Shown here: one piece after another, positions 1 to 11,201 of the stretch
Numbering within the stretch: the first letter of the stretch is position 1
Layout of the letters: each line of letters opens with the position of its first letter
Origin: Eutreptiella sp. 'Long Island Sound 2002'
Taxonomy: Eukaryota; Protista; Euglenida
NCBI GenBank assembly: GCA_964036045.1
Contig: OZ038378.1
Coordinates: 54,436,001 to 54,500,000 of the forward strand
Length of the DNA: 64,000 bases
Direction: 5' to 3'
Made by a program: the position numbers and the translations under genes
Notes under the pieces: generated by a model
Seen by the model: only the letters and a program-made list of their open reading frames with translations
The model's database searches: none
What the model was told of the DNA's origin: nothing

Positions 1-3000
1 CTTCTGCCCGTCGTCAGGGTCGGTCACAGCCCTATACTCGGCCGCAAAGGCCTCAGACTTGGCGTAATCGTCGGTCCAGTCGTCCTGGAGGCAAGACTCC
101 GGGAAGAGGTGCTTGTCGGACTCAGCTCCCTCAGGGGCCAGTACTCTGACCGCTCTGCCCATCCCCGTTCCGAGGGGGGCATCCGCAGCCATAACGACGA
201 AGCATTTTACACCCTCCTCCTCCATCAGGCGCTCCATTTCAATGATCCTCTTGGCCTCAGCGGTCTCAGGCTCATCGCCATGGGCAGAGACATCCGTCAT
301 GCCCTTGCTGGCGGGATAGGCCCACCTGCTGAGACAGTCCGCCACGGTGTTATCCTTTCCAGGAATATACACAACCGTGAGGTCGAACTTGGCCAAGGTC
401 TCATGCCATCTTGCCCGTCGGGAGGCGGGACCAGAGGGTGTGTCCACGTGCTCCTTGTGCCACGACTGCAGACTCTGATGGTCGGTGCAGACGGTGACGG
501 GATGGAGGGCTATGTACCCGGCCCATTTCCTGAGAGCCATGACGATGGCATACGCCTCCTTTTCTCGGGGCGTCCACGTCCGTCTCTGGCCTTCCGCCAG
601 GACTCGGCTCCAGAAGGCCACGGGCACGTGCCTCCCATCGTCAAGCACTTGCTCCAACACAGCGCCAACGGCGTAGTCGGAAGCGTCGGTGCGCAGGACG
701 AACCCTCGGTCAGGATCCACGAGGTGCAGACCCACTGCGGATAGCAGCGCCTGCTTCATCCCCTCAAAGGCACGGTCGGACTCAGCAGTCCAGACCAGAG
801 CCTTCTTGGACCCCTTCTTGGTCTCCTCTCGGTTGCCCTTGAGCATGGTCGTCATGGGGGCTGCATACTCGGCATACATCTTGATATACCCCGAGTAGTA
901 GTTGCGGAACCCCAAGTACGCCCGTAGCTCAGAGACCGTTCTGGGCTTTTCCCAGTGCTCGATCGCGGCCACCCTGCCAGGTATGGGCTTTCGCTGCCCG
1001 TTCCGGACTACGTGGCCAGCGAAGACCACCTCGCTTACCGCAATGGTGGCCTTGTCACTGCTGCCCGTGAGTTTGTGCCGAATCAGAACGTCCAGCACTC
1101 GAGTGACGTCCCTCTCATGTGCCTCCAGGAGCTCCTCGTAGCTCATACTGGGGTCCCCGGACGGGATGATCACGTCGTCCACGAAGGGGTCCGCACAGTC
1201 ACGCACCGGCTCAAGCAGGTTCTCCAGCATCCGCTGAAAAGCCGCATTGCCGTTGGTAACGCCCATGGGCATCACCTTCCACTGGAGAGGTCCAAGTGGG
1301 GTGCTCATGGCTGTGCAGGCACGGGACTCCTCGGCGAGAGGCATCTGATGATAACCATGTTTCAGGTCAATCACCGTGAAGATCCTCCGCCGGTGTTGTT
1401 TTTGCAGCATGTCCTCAATGAGGGGCAGCGTATAGCTGTCGTGCTGCGTTTGGGCGTTTAGGCCGCGGTAGTCGACCACGAAACGCCAATCACCGGCCAC
1501 CTTCTTGGGGACGACGAAGCACGGAGAGGCCGGTTCGGAGTGGCACGGCTCGAGCCACCCTCTCTCGATGAAGTCACGGAGGATCTTCTCCATGGCCTCC
1601 TTCCTCTCGCCCCTCAGGGCAAACTCCCGGTGTCGATACACACGGGGGTCCTGCTTCAGTCGTATCTTGGCCTCGCCATACGGTCCACGCACCGGTGGGG
1701 GAAACACAGGCCTTCCGCTAAAGAAGGTATCACCATACTTCTGCTTCAGCCTGGCCCTCAATGCTTGGATCTTGGGGCAATCATCGGACTCCGCCTTGGC
1801 TTTTCCGGGCACCTGGACCACTGAGCTTACTTGAGGGGTAGCGACCCCGCTCGGCTTCGGCTCAGGCGGTCTTCCCAGGTGGCCCAAAGGGACATCTCTG
1901 GTCTTGCCTCGGAATAGGTCGCCGTAGGTGGGTGGGTTACCGCCGATTGGCTCGTCCCGGCTGGACATGTGGTCCAGTACCCTCCTTACGAAGGTATCTC
2001 CATCATAGGAACCAGAGACGATGGCGTCCACTTCCCACCAGGCTTTGTCCTGGTCCTTGCCCTCACGCTGGTTTCCCCAGTCGTGAAAGGGCTGATCCAT
2101 ATACCCCTGAACCAGATCCAACTCCTCCTCAGTGAGGGGGTCTTCCGATTCTCCGATGTCAACAGGGGGAACCGCAAAGCATTGTCGCCATGGCTCTGCT
2201 ATGATGCGGTTGACACAGACAAAGTCCGTGGTGTCGGCCTGATCAAGGCCCCCATCCACATAGTGGAATTCCGTTGGCCATCTCTGGGGTGGCATGGGCT
2301 GTCCCTTAGCGTCCTGATAGACACTCTCTCCAGCTGGTAGGACGACCTTGTTTAAGGTCATGTTGGTTAATGAGACTACCCAATGTCGGGTACTTTTCTC
2401 CTCGGTGCATCCCATAGGAACGACCAGCACTGCCTTGGAGCGGTCCTTGCGGATCTTCGCTATCGCTCTTGGAATTTCCCAACGGGGGCAATGGATCCAC
2501 ATCAATCCCTGATGCGGACCCCAGTGCTTCTTCCACGCGGAGTCCTGGGCGCTCCAGTACTTCTCACAAACCCGAAGATGGGCGGAGGTTCCTGAAGAGA
2601 ACGCATCCAGGGTCAGACCCGAAGCTCCCAGGTCCGCAACCACTCGGCTCGCCACTTCCGGCCTTACGCCGTACTCCTGGTTTGCTGGCCCAGTTGGCTC
2701 AGTGCCCAGTGCGGCTACTTCGAGCTGATCGCGTTCGGGGTGGATCCATTGGCATTCCACATGGTGCTCAGGTGACGAAAGCCACGAGAGCTGGTCGTCC
2801 TGGTACAGGGTCATGGAGGCCTGGGCCGGGAGGACGCCGGAGTCCGTCTCCATCATGAAGTCGTACCCAACGATCATGTCCCAGTCCATCTGGGCCTCGT
2901 AGAAGCGACCATGCAGGAGGATTTCCTTGCGGAGGTCTGGGCGGCTCAGCTCACGGTGGTTCACAAACTGCAGCCCAATGGCCGCTTCCTTCGTGCCTCC

Positions 3001-3063
3001 CACCATGTACTGGCCGTTCGCCACCTTCAGCCTGACAGGTTTCCGACTGTCGGTCAAACACTC
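1..3063 (-). CDS. pol: pol region (protease C-terminal half, MTase-like domain, RT, RNase H), open to the window edge
   Basis: Manual translation of most of the frame shows no stop, and the ORF track lists no ORF in this frame, as expected if it runs off the edge. FVDD at 1174-1185; RNase H TDAS Asp at 685-687. Confidence 0.9.
300..710 (-). other. RNase H domain of the Ty3/Gypsy pol
   Basis: FVLRTDASDYAVGAVLEQ...VAFWSRVL...WTPREKEAYAIVMALRKW...VTVCTDHQSL...RARWHETLAKFDLTVVYIPGKDNTVADCLSR. Confidence 0.92.
760..1740 (-). other. Reverse transcriptase domain, Ty3/Gypsy type
   Basis: GWLEPCHSEPASPCFVVPKKVAGDWRFVVDYRGLN...YTLPLIEDML...IFTVIDLKHGYHQMPL...TAMSTPLGPLQWKVMPMGVTNGNAAFQRML...PFVDDVII. 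Confidence 0.95.
2260..2676 (-). other. Dam-like (N6-adenine) DNA methyltransferase-fold domain inside pol, catalytic motif degenerate
   Basis: EYGVRPEVASRVVADLG..LTLDAFSS...KYWSAQDSAWKKHWG...LMWIHCPRWEIPRAIAKIRKDRSKAVLVVPMG...HW follows the phage/DIRS Dam pattern D(L/A)FAS..YFS..DA...W..(Y/W)xNPP(F/W)..I..KI.....LxVP; NPPF is replaced by HCPR at 2482-2493. Confidence 0.7.
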
Positions 3064-3561
3064 TCACGGAAGCAGACCAGCCTTGACCAAGCTGACCTGA
3101 GCTCCCGTGTCGACCAACACGTTGAAGACCTTTTCCACTTCCCCGCATAAGGCACGGACCTTAAGGTGCAACTGCCGCTCACGCCCAACTCGGCGCACGG
3201 CGTGCAAGCTCAGGATCTCCGGCCGTTCCAGAAGCTCAACAAGCGACTGGTGCAGGTCGTGGACAATGGGCTCAGGCTGCCCATCTGCAGCATCCAGCTG
3301 CGGTCCGGGTGATCCTCCGATACTCTCGGAAAGATCTTGAAGTACATCAAACACATTCTTGGTCGCGAAGGATGGACGGGTGCAAGGGTTCGTGCCTTCA
3401 CTTGCCCTCACCCCGCCACCGCGACCGTCGGGTGCCGGACCGGGCCTTCCGCCCGCGGCAGTCCCTTTGTGCTTACGGACTCCCGACAGGGATGGTGTGG
3501 CACTTCCCACGACACCATCCTGCGACCGCCCTAGCTGGGGCCCTTGGCTGCAGGGGCTCCG
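3064..3561 (-). pseudogene. Gag-pol linker and aspartic protease N-terminal half, interrupted by an in-frame TGA at 3064-3066
   Basis: FNVLVDTGAQVSLV with DTG at 3103-3111; the frame continues as ECLTDSRKPVRLKVANGQ after the TGA. Confidence 0.9.
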
Positions 3562-6500
3562 CTAGGGGGCGTCGGTTGTGGAAGTAGGGGTGTTCTCCTC
3601 CGCATCGACCTCGTTGACGCCCTTCTTCCTTCCCCTTCTAGTCTTCTTGTCCTTGTCCTTGTTCTGGTCATTCTGGTTGTTCTCCTTGTTCTTGTTGTCC
3701 GACCTCGGGACCCAGTTCCTCTTGATCTCCTGGATCTCCTTGGCTAGCTCGGTCCCCACCGACATCAGGTTGGAGAGCTCGTCCTTGTCCACCTCCACTT
3801 TGGCTTCCCGCATACCCGCGGGCGCACGCTTCTTCGACCCGTGCGCCTTCTTGTAGGCCTCCGTGTCAGCCTGGTGGGTGGGGCATGTTCCGTGGTCATG
3901 GTTGAAGCCTTTTCTCCTCCCATAACACACGAAACAGCCCTGCGGGTGAGCTCGTATGAACTCCCCAAAGGACAGCGCAGGGTCGCCAATGCGGCGAGGG
4001 TCCCTCTTCTCTTTCTTCTTCCAACCCGGCTGCAGAAGCTTCCAGCTTCCCCGGTTGTTCCCCGCGCCGTTGTGGGGCACGAAGGCACAAACGGCCATCT
4101 CGGCGGGCTCATCGTCGTCGTCATCGTCGACGAGAGCTTCATCGCCATCGGCTCCCGCTGGGTCCATGGCAGCTTCCCCGCCAGGTCCCTCGCCAACGTA
4201 GTTGACGTCGCGGTCGCCGGGCCTCAACCCGCGGGTGTGGTGGAGGTTCCGGTACTCCTTGAGTACTTCCTCTCCAACCCACTCCAGGATCTCGTCGCAG
4301 CTCATCCGCGCCGGGATGGCCTGCAGACGGATGGTCTGGCCGCTCACGTCACACTCGTCAAGGCGCCACATCGCGGTCTTCTCGCGATCGCCCGAGACGG
4401 TGATGAGGAGAGCGTTCCGCAGGGAGTGCCGTTTGACATCCCGGGCCACGTTCTTCCTCGTCCAAGCCACCACGTTCGTATGATACTCTTTGGGGAGCAT
4501 CATCTTGACCGTGTGGTTGGACTTGGCCCTTTTGGCTTCCTCCTTGGTGACCCTCTTGATCCATGCTTCCGGCAGCATGGAGAGCAGGCGAGCCTGCTCG
4601 TCACCCTCATTCCAATCCTCCACATTGCGGCGGAAGAGGGTGTATTGCCCTCAGAAGTCTCGCCAGTCCCGTAGGCGGATCTCCTGTCCATCATGCTGAA
4701 GCTTGATAAACTTCCAGCGCTTGGCAGCCACCTGCGGAGCGTCCACCCGCTCCTGCTCCTTGAGCCACTTCTTGGCTTCCTTGAGGGTCTTGATTTTCCC
4801 CTCCTTGGTCGCCACGAAGTATAGCTCTTGGAGCACTTCCGGCAGGCGTTACCTGAACCGTCTGAAGACATATTTCTCCGCATCCGCGGGATCCATGTCT
4901 TCAGTGACGGTCACCCCCGAATTGTCCAGCTTCTCCATTAAGCGGTCGAGGTTGAGGGGGTTGCCATCGTACATGGGGGGCTTGATGTCCTTCAAGTCTT
5001 CCCACACGACGGCATCCGCGGCCTTAGAGACCATGAACGCCGGCCGCGAGGTCGACCGAGGTTCTCATCGGCCTCGCCCACGGACTCCCACGGCCGCCAC
5101 TTCCATCTCCTCCATGGAATCCCTGTGGCTACGCCGAGGTTCCTCCATGTACGCTGAACCCAGATGTTCACGCCGTACACCTTCCATGTATGCCTCCTCA
5201 TCACGGCGCCGGCGGCTGCGTTCAGCGGCCTCCCGTCGTACACCACGCGGCGGGCTAATGTCGAACTCCTCCAGGTCTTCCTCCGCCAACATCCCGACAT
5301 CCCACTCCACGTCTCCTCCGGGGACCTCATCGCTGAGTCCACCATAATGTCCGCCAGCCATTGGGATTGGCTCTGGGGCTGGTGCGGGGCGTCGGGGGCG
5401 TACCGGTGTCCGCGGTGGAGCACGGCGGTTGTGGTAGTCCGAACTGAGCCACTCATCACGCAAATCCTCACTGCCACTGCCGGGCGGCACGCGCTCCTTG
5501 CGGCGGCCCGCGCTGTGGTGAGAGGGGGCGCTGATAGAGGGGGCACTGGCGCTGGGGCGACTCCTGGGGGCTCCGCCGGGGGCGTGGGGTCTGCCTGGAC
5601 CTGGTCCGGGTCCCCAGCCGTCGTCCGACGAGCCAGACTCCAGGGGTGGGTCGTCGCTGCCGACGCTCCCACGGGCTTCCAGCGCGTCCAGCCTCTGCTG
5701 CAGGCCGTTGATGACCTTGTTCAGCGACCTGGTCTCCCCCCTGGCGATGTCCAGCAGCCTCTGGGTGGCGGTGGCGACGCTGGCGCTCTTGACCATCTCG
5801 ATCTTGGCGATGTCCAGCTCTCTCTGCGCGCGCGCGGCGACCCTGGCGATGCGAGTCATCTCGCCCTTGCCCGTGTCTACCTCGCGCTCGAGGAACTGGA
5901 CCCTCCTGCGGAGGTAGACAATCCACCGCCAGGTGGTATCCGGGTCGCCGTTCCCTGGTGGGTCGTCGGGGTCCCCAGGGGGTCCTCCAGGAGGGCCTCT
6001 GCCGGGTCCGCCCGGTCCAGGGGGTCCTCCCCCGCCCGGTGGTCCGCCTCCAGGGGGTCCACTTGGTGGGCGTCCTCCAGGGGGTCCTGATGGTCCTCCG
6101 CCAGGGGGTCCCGGTGGGTCTCCGCCGGGTCGCCTCGGTGGGTCCGAGGATGGGCGCTTCTTCGTGATGTCGAAGTCCATGTCGTCATCCTCGTCCATGT
6201 CACCCCACCTGGGCGTCTCGGTCTCAGAGGACTCCGAGCTCCGGTAGGGAGGAGGGGGATCCTCATCCTCACTTTCCGGCTCCATGGGGACGTCTCCGCC
6301 TCCTCCGCCCGTCCAAGCCACCACTCGGCGATGTCAGCGGCCTCGTTCATCCCCGTCGCTGGCGGTGAAGAAGGGGTCGCTGTCGTGGGGGTGTCCACCC
6401 GCTGGCCTCCGTGGCCTCTCTGGGGTCTTCCCCTTGCCCTTCCTCCGTCGATGGGCAGTGGGGCCACTGCTCCCACTGCTGCCCGTGTCCGCCTCATCCA

Positions 6501-7926
6501 GCGTCATCTTGGAGGAGGCGTCCCCTTCGAAAGGCTTTCGAAGGGTCTCCACTCATGATCCTCCCGGGGGAGTCTCGCGGCGGAGATTGGCCTCTGCCTC
6601 CTCCATTGCGGCGGCGGTGGCTGCGGCAGCTCGCCCTTTGGCTTCCTCCCGGGCACGAGCCGCTTCGGCTTCCCGGGCCTGCTGCAGCCGAGCCATCTCC
6701 GCTTCCAACGCCGCCAACTCCGCCTCCGTCTTGGCCCTCTCCTCAGCGACCTTCCGTCGCGCGGCCTCGATGGCGTCCTTCTTGGCGGCGTCCGCCTGGG
6801 CCTTAGCCGTCGCTTCGGCGTGGGCCCTTTCCTCCGCCTCCTTCTTTGCCCTCTCTTGGGCAAGCGCCTCTTCCAGCGCCTTCGCCTCGGCCCCCTTGCA
6901 GGCGATGGCCTCCTGGGTCAGGCGGGCTTCGTCGGCGGTTGCCGCCACCTCACCCCTGATCCGGGCAGCCACTGCCTCATGGGCGGCCGCAGCCGTGAGA
7001 CCGGACGCGATGGCTGCCACGGTCGAGGCGTGGTAGTCCATGCGTCTGCCCCACTCGGTGGCCTCCTCCTGGGCGATGCCGACGGCGCCCTCCACGGCAG
7101 CGTTCTGCTGCGTGGCCCCTTGTCGGGCAACCCGAAGGTTGCAGGGCACCCCACAGGTGCGCTCGCAGGCGCGCGCCACATCCCTTTGGTGGGGAGCGAC
7201 GCTGCTGCTGGAGCTGGCCTGGTCAGCTGGCATCCTCCCGCGGTGGGCCGACTCCACGTCGCTGCTGGGGCCTGACTTCCTCAGGAGCAGCGTACGCGGC
7301 TGGGCCTTGGTCTGCTTGGCGACGTCCAGGAAGTCACCAAGGGTGGTGTGGCCGGGGTGGTGACCACCATTGGCCCGTTGGGGGCTGTGGGCTGGGGTTT
7401 TGCCCATGGCGCCTTGGGCGGCTTCGGCGGCCAGGGACTCCTGGTACTCCCGCCACTTCCTGTCCCGCCTCCTGTCCCCGGCGGAACGCTTCTCCTTCCC
7501 AGGAGACGCGCCGCTGCTGCTCCTGCCCTGCAGCCGGCGCTCGTTCTGCAGCTCCGGGAACTCCTTCTCGATCATGTCCCACATGGAGACGTTGATCGAG
7601 GCGCCCGACGGGTACTCGTTGGGCTTCTCGTCCTCCTCAATCCCATCGGGGCGCAGCCCTTCGCCGGGCCTGTCCGGGCGGGTCCAGGTCCTCCAACGCT
7701 TGCGGCGGAAGCGGTACTCATACCCTTCCGCCCGCAGCCACTCCTCCACTGCCCGCAGGCGGTCCTCGCCCATGTCTTCGCGGAGCTCAAAGCTCCCGGG
7801 CATGCCGCCTTCGCACTGGGGATTGCTGTGGCGGTACTGCTGCCCCCACAGCAACCCACGCAGTAGGCGAGCCGCATGGTGATGGGGCTGCGGCCACGTC
7901 TTGCCCGCCTCGTCCCAGTTCACCAT
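3562..7926 (-). pseudogene. gag: Very long gag-like ORF (about 1450 codons) broken by 5 in-frame stops
   Basis: Track ORFs 6553-7926, 6334-6552, 5065-6324, 4849-5034, 4651-4836 and 3562-4623 are all in one frame. Capsid-like KPPMYDGNP..LD; Zn knuckle C-X2-C-X8-H-X4-C at 3883-3936; N-terminal coiled-coil-like and GGPPG-rich segments. Confidence 0.85.
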
Positions 7927-8385
7927 CGGTGCTCTCGATGGAGTGGTCCTGGGGTGGTTGTTGAGGTGGGTGATGCAGCACTGGACTGGGAGTGCGGCCG
8001 GTGCTGGTCGGCCGGTGGTTGTTGAAGTGGTTGCTGTAGCTGGGAGTGCGGCCTTGCTGGTCGGCCGAGGGAACTCGTTGATGACGGAGTTCTGCTCCCT
8101 GCACTTCCTTCACGGACTCGGCGCTGTCGCTGGGCGGCGCTGCGAGCCGCTGCGCTTCGCTGAGAGCTGCGAGCTGCGATCTGCTGCGCCGCGCTGCTCG
8201 GGGTTGGTCGCCCCGAGTGGCACGCGAGGGATGGGTAACCCCGCGGCGGTGAAACGCTTTTGACGCGTTCCCGTGGGGGGCCTGGCCACGGGACGCTGCG
8301 GTGACACGCACAGGCAAGCAGGCAGGCAAAGCACTGCGCTCACAGGGGCATCATTGCGCTTGTGTCATGAGACAAAGCGTTTCAA

Positions 8386-8396
8386 GATCGTTGCCA
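8386..8396 (-). promoter_or_regulatory. Putative primer-binding site TGGCAACGATC
   Basis: Starts with TGG 3 nt inside the LTR end (..TGTTTCA gag TGG..); cognate tRNA not identified. Confidence 0.6.
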
Positions 8397-8399
8397 CTC

Positions 8400-8785
8400 T
8401 GAAACAAGGGAACAAAAGTATGTACAGCAACACATCAGGATATGTACACATGGGGTTAAGACTGGACTGGGGTAAGGGCATCATAGGACAAGAGACACTC
8501 AGTCCCAAATCGTATCCCAATCCCAGGTCCGACCCTCTCAGTGGCTGGTGGGGGCGGGGGCTCAAACACAACCCATGCCCTGCTCAGTCCGGACCCTGAA
8601 ACCCTGCCAATAGGGGGGCTGTCCCGCCCAGCCACAGGCGAATTCCTGGGAACCAAGGTGCTCCAAGGTCAACCGACAGGCGCTCCTTATGCTCCCTCAA
8701 CGGCAGCCCCCAACTAGTCTCTGAGCCAGAGATATGGCCCCACCATTATCCCCTAGGAGTTGGTAGTTGAAAATGCGCTGTTTCA
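8400..8785 (-). repeat. 5' LTR (386 bp)
   Basis: Perfect 7-bp terminal inverted repeat TGAAACA (8400-8406) / TGTTTCA (8779-8785), TG..CA ends, adjacent PBS; second LTR is not in the window, so the boundaries are unconfirmed. Confidence 0.75.
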
Positions 8786-10789
8786 GCCCAAACTGACATT
8801 AGCTCAAAAATCTTGAAACGTGACCCCTCGTCCGGACCCGCCAGAGGTAGGGACGAGGCAACTGACCCTATGCCCTTCGAGTATTAACTCCTTGGTGCCC
8901 TCACCCAACCTGCCCCCCTCTGACGTACCGGCATCAGGGCACCACGGGTTCGTCAAGTGGGGTCATGATGCCAACATCACCAAACTTGGCATCATTCTCA
9001 CGCAAGGCTCGCCCAGCCAGGGCAAGGCCAATGGCTCACAGGATAGGAGGCAGGACCTAGGACTTTTATCTGAGTGTACAACTTGGCATTAGGTCCGGGC
9101 TCCTCATGGGCATAGAGATATGGGGCCGCCAATTGACCACACGGGGGGGTGAAATTGAGGTCCCAAAAGGGGGTCATTTTGGCTGCTCGAAATGAGCCAA
9201 AACTCGGGGGTGCTCCCAATAGTATATCTCCGTGCCGGCTTGGAGATCGGATCCGCCATTCCATACGCAATCTGGCGGGATGTAGACGAAGACTCCCATG
9301 AACTGGGCTCTCTAATATCTCCATGCCACTTGGCGTGGTGACAATCCCAATTGGGTCCACAAATGCCAAAATGGCAAAATTGTCCACACTCACTTTGGGC
9401 TAGCACCTTAACGAAGGTTGCTCCGCCTCGCCCACGTGGTGTGTGAGCCATGGGGACCAATATACATAACACCCATGTCATATATGGTCCATTGGTCCAT
9501 GCGTCAGGCGTGCACGAGGTAGCTGAACATGGTGCACGGCGGGCAGAAAATGTGGAAAATTGCTCAAAATGGCCGAAAATGCGCACACTCATGGTTGGGG
9601 CAAATGAGGCACATGCCCGACTTGGACCCGAGTGTGCCATAGGATTGGTATCAAGTCATATGCATCCAACATATCTTTTGGGTGTCGCCCAACTCCTCCG
9701 GTTTTGGGAATGGCAGGGTCGCCAAGTGAGCCCATGATTTGGGATAGTCCCAAATCGCCAACATGGCGGCCACGGTATGCCAAGCCCAAGAGGAGTTATT
9801 CGCCGGGTCCAAGATATGATGGGCACCGAAGTATGTACCCACATAACATACTTGGGTCATGATGTCAATTGGGCGCAACGTTGAGATACACGGTCGCCAC
9901 TTGACATCATGACGGGCAAAAAACAGCAATATTGGCGAGAAAACACCCAAACCTGCCTTGAAAGGCGCACAAATATATTATAATATCTTCGGCTTGGATT
10001 GAGTAATCGACCAATCCTTCTAGACACAATGACTTGACACGAATGACCTTTGATTCCACATATGTGCTCCACTTGGGGTGCTTTGAAAGGTCACGAGCGC
10101 TACTTCCCAAGTGGGCACATGAAAATATGGAAAATTGCAAAACACACACCTTGCTCCCAACGCATCGCTTTGGGATCGCCACACAAGCTTCCCTCCACGA
10201 AGGTTAGGCTTGCAATTGATCGTGAAGAGTATAGGGAAGGGCCTCGTGCAATATGAGGTCCATTGGTGGGTGTATCGCTCTTAGCCAAGCCCGCCAAATG
10301 GGCACGCAATACAACACATGGCACATACCACATATTGCCCAAAAAGGTAGCTCCCCCCACGATATGTCATGCCCCTCCAAGGGCATAACTTTGTGTCAAT
10401 CGCTCATAGGAACTCAAGGAAGGTTCCTATGCAACACCAACACTCGCGCGCTACACTCCGAAGTTATCTTAACGCACGCAATATCATGGCCCAAGAGTTA
10501 TCAGGCAAACTCTACCCTCTTGACCATGATCTATTACGCTAGCGCGCACGTGTGGAGACGCAAGGTGTATAAAGCTTCCTAAATTACGTCGGGAGTATTG
10601 TGAATACATCCCACGTTTTCTTATTGTCACTTCTCGCAAACAGCACGAGATATGACCCTCACAAGTGGCCTCACGAATCAACTTTGTTTTGCCCATATCT
10701 CTAAGACAAATGGAGGGCAAGACAAAAGGAAAGTTGATTAGTGCATAGGGAAGCACGTAGGTCCACTCGAAAGAGGTCAAATCCAGTGC

Positions 10790-10990
10790 GGGGATGTCGA
10801 AGTCGAAAATCCGATTTCGACATCCTGAAAAATTCCGATTAAGGTTGCGAGTGTAGAATGTGAAAATTGCGGATGCATCAATGCAATTCCTGGAGACTTT
10901 AGAGACTTCGTCACGGATTGCGCTAAAATATCTGTAGATAACAGTTAAACTGGCGGTTACGCTAAAGTCGCGAAATAACCGCCAGCTGTC
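10790..10990. other. Hairpin-rich segment with two perfect 10-bp stems
   Basis: GGATGTCGAA 10792-10801 / TTCGACATCC 10816-10825; CTGGCGGTTA 10950-10959 / TAACCGCCAG 10976-10985. Confidence 0.6.
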
Positions 10991-11201
10991 AATACAGTGA
11001 ATATCAGAACGGAAGCGTAAAAACTGACGGAAACAATATGAAAATAAAACCCTGTTGATTCCTGATATTCTGATATATAAATCTCTGCTGGCGGCGCATC
11101 GGTTGCCCATGCGGGGCTTTACGGCACGGGGCTTCAACGGGCGTCTTCCCTTCCGTACATGGGGTTAGTGGACCGGAGATCTGTTGTATGCCCTACCCTA
11201 G

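Larger units (their letters stand above)
1..8785 (-). mobile_element. Ty3/Gypsy LTR retrotransposon (5' LTR, PBS, gag, PR, MTase-like domain, RT, RNase H); integrase and 3' LTR lie beyond the left edge
   Basis: Domain order and motifs read directly on the minus strand in one frame (codons ending at positions divisible by 3): gag PPMYDG, Zn knuckle, LVDTGA, VVDYRGLN, IDLKHGYHQ, MPMGVTN, FVDD, TDASDYAVGAVL, TDHQSL. LTR has terminal inverted repeats. Confidence 0.95.

Noticed and set aside
109-7882. Numerous plus-strand ORFs over the retrotransposon
   Set aside because: Antisense shadows of the GC-rich gag-pol frame
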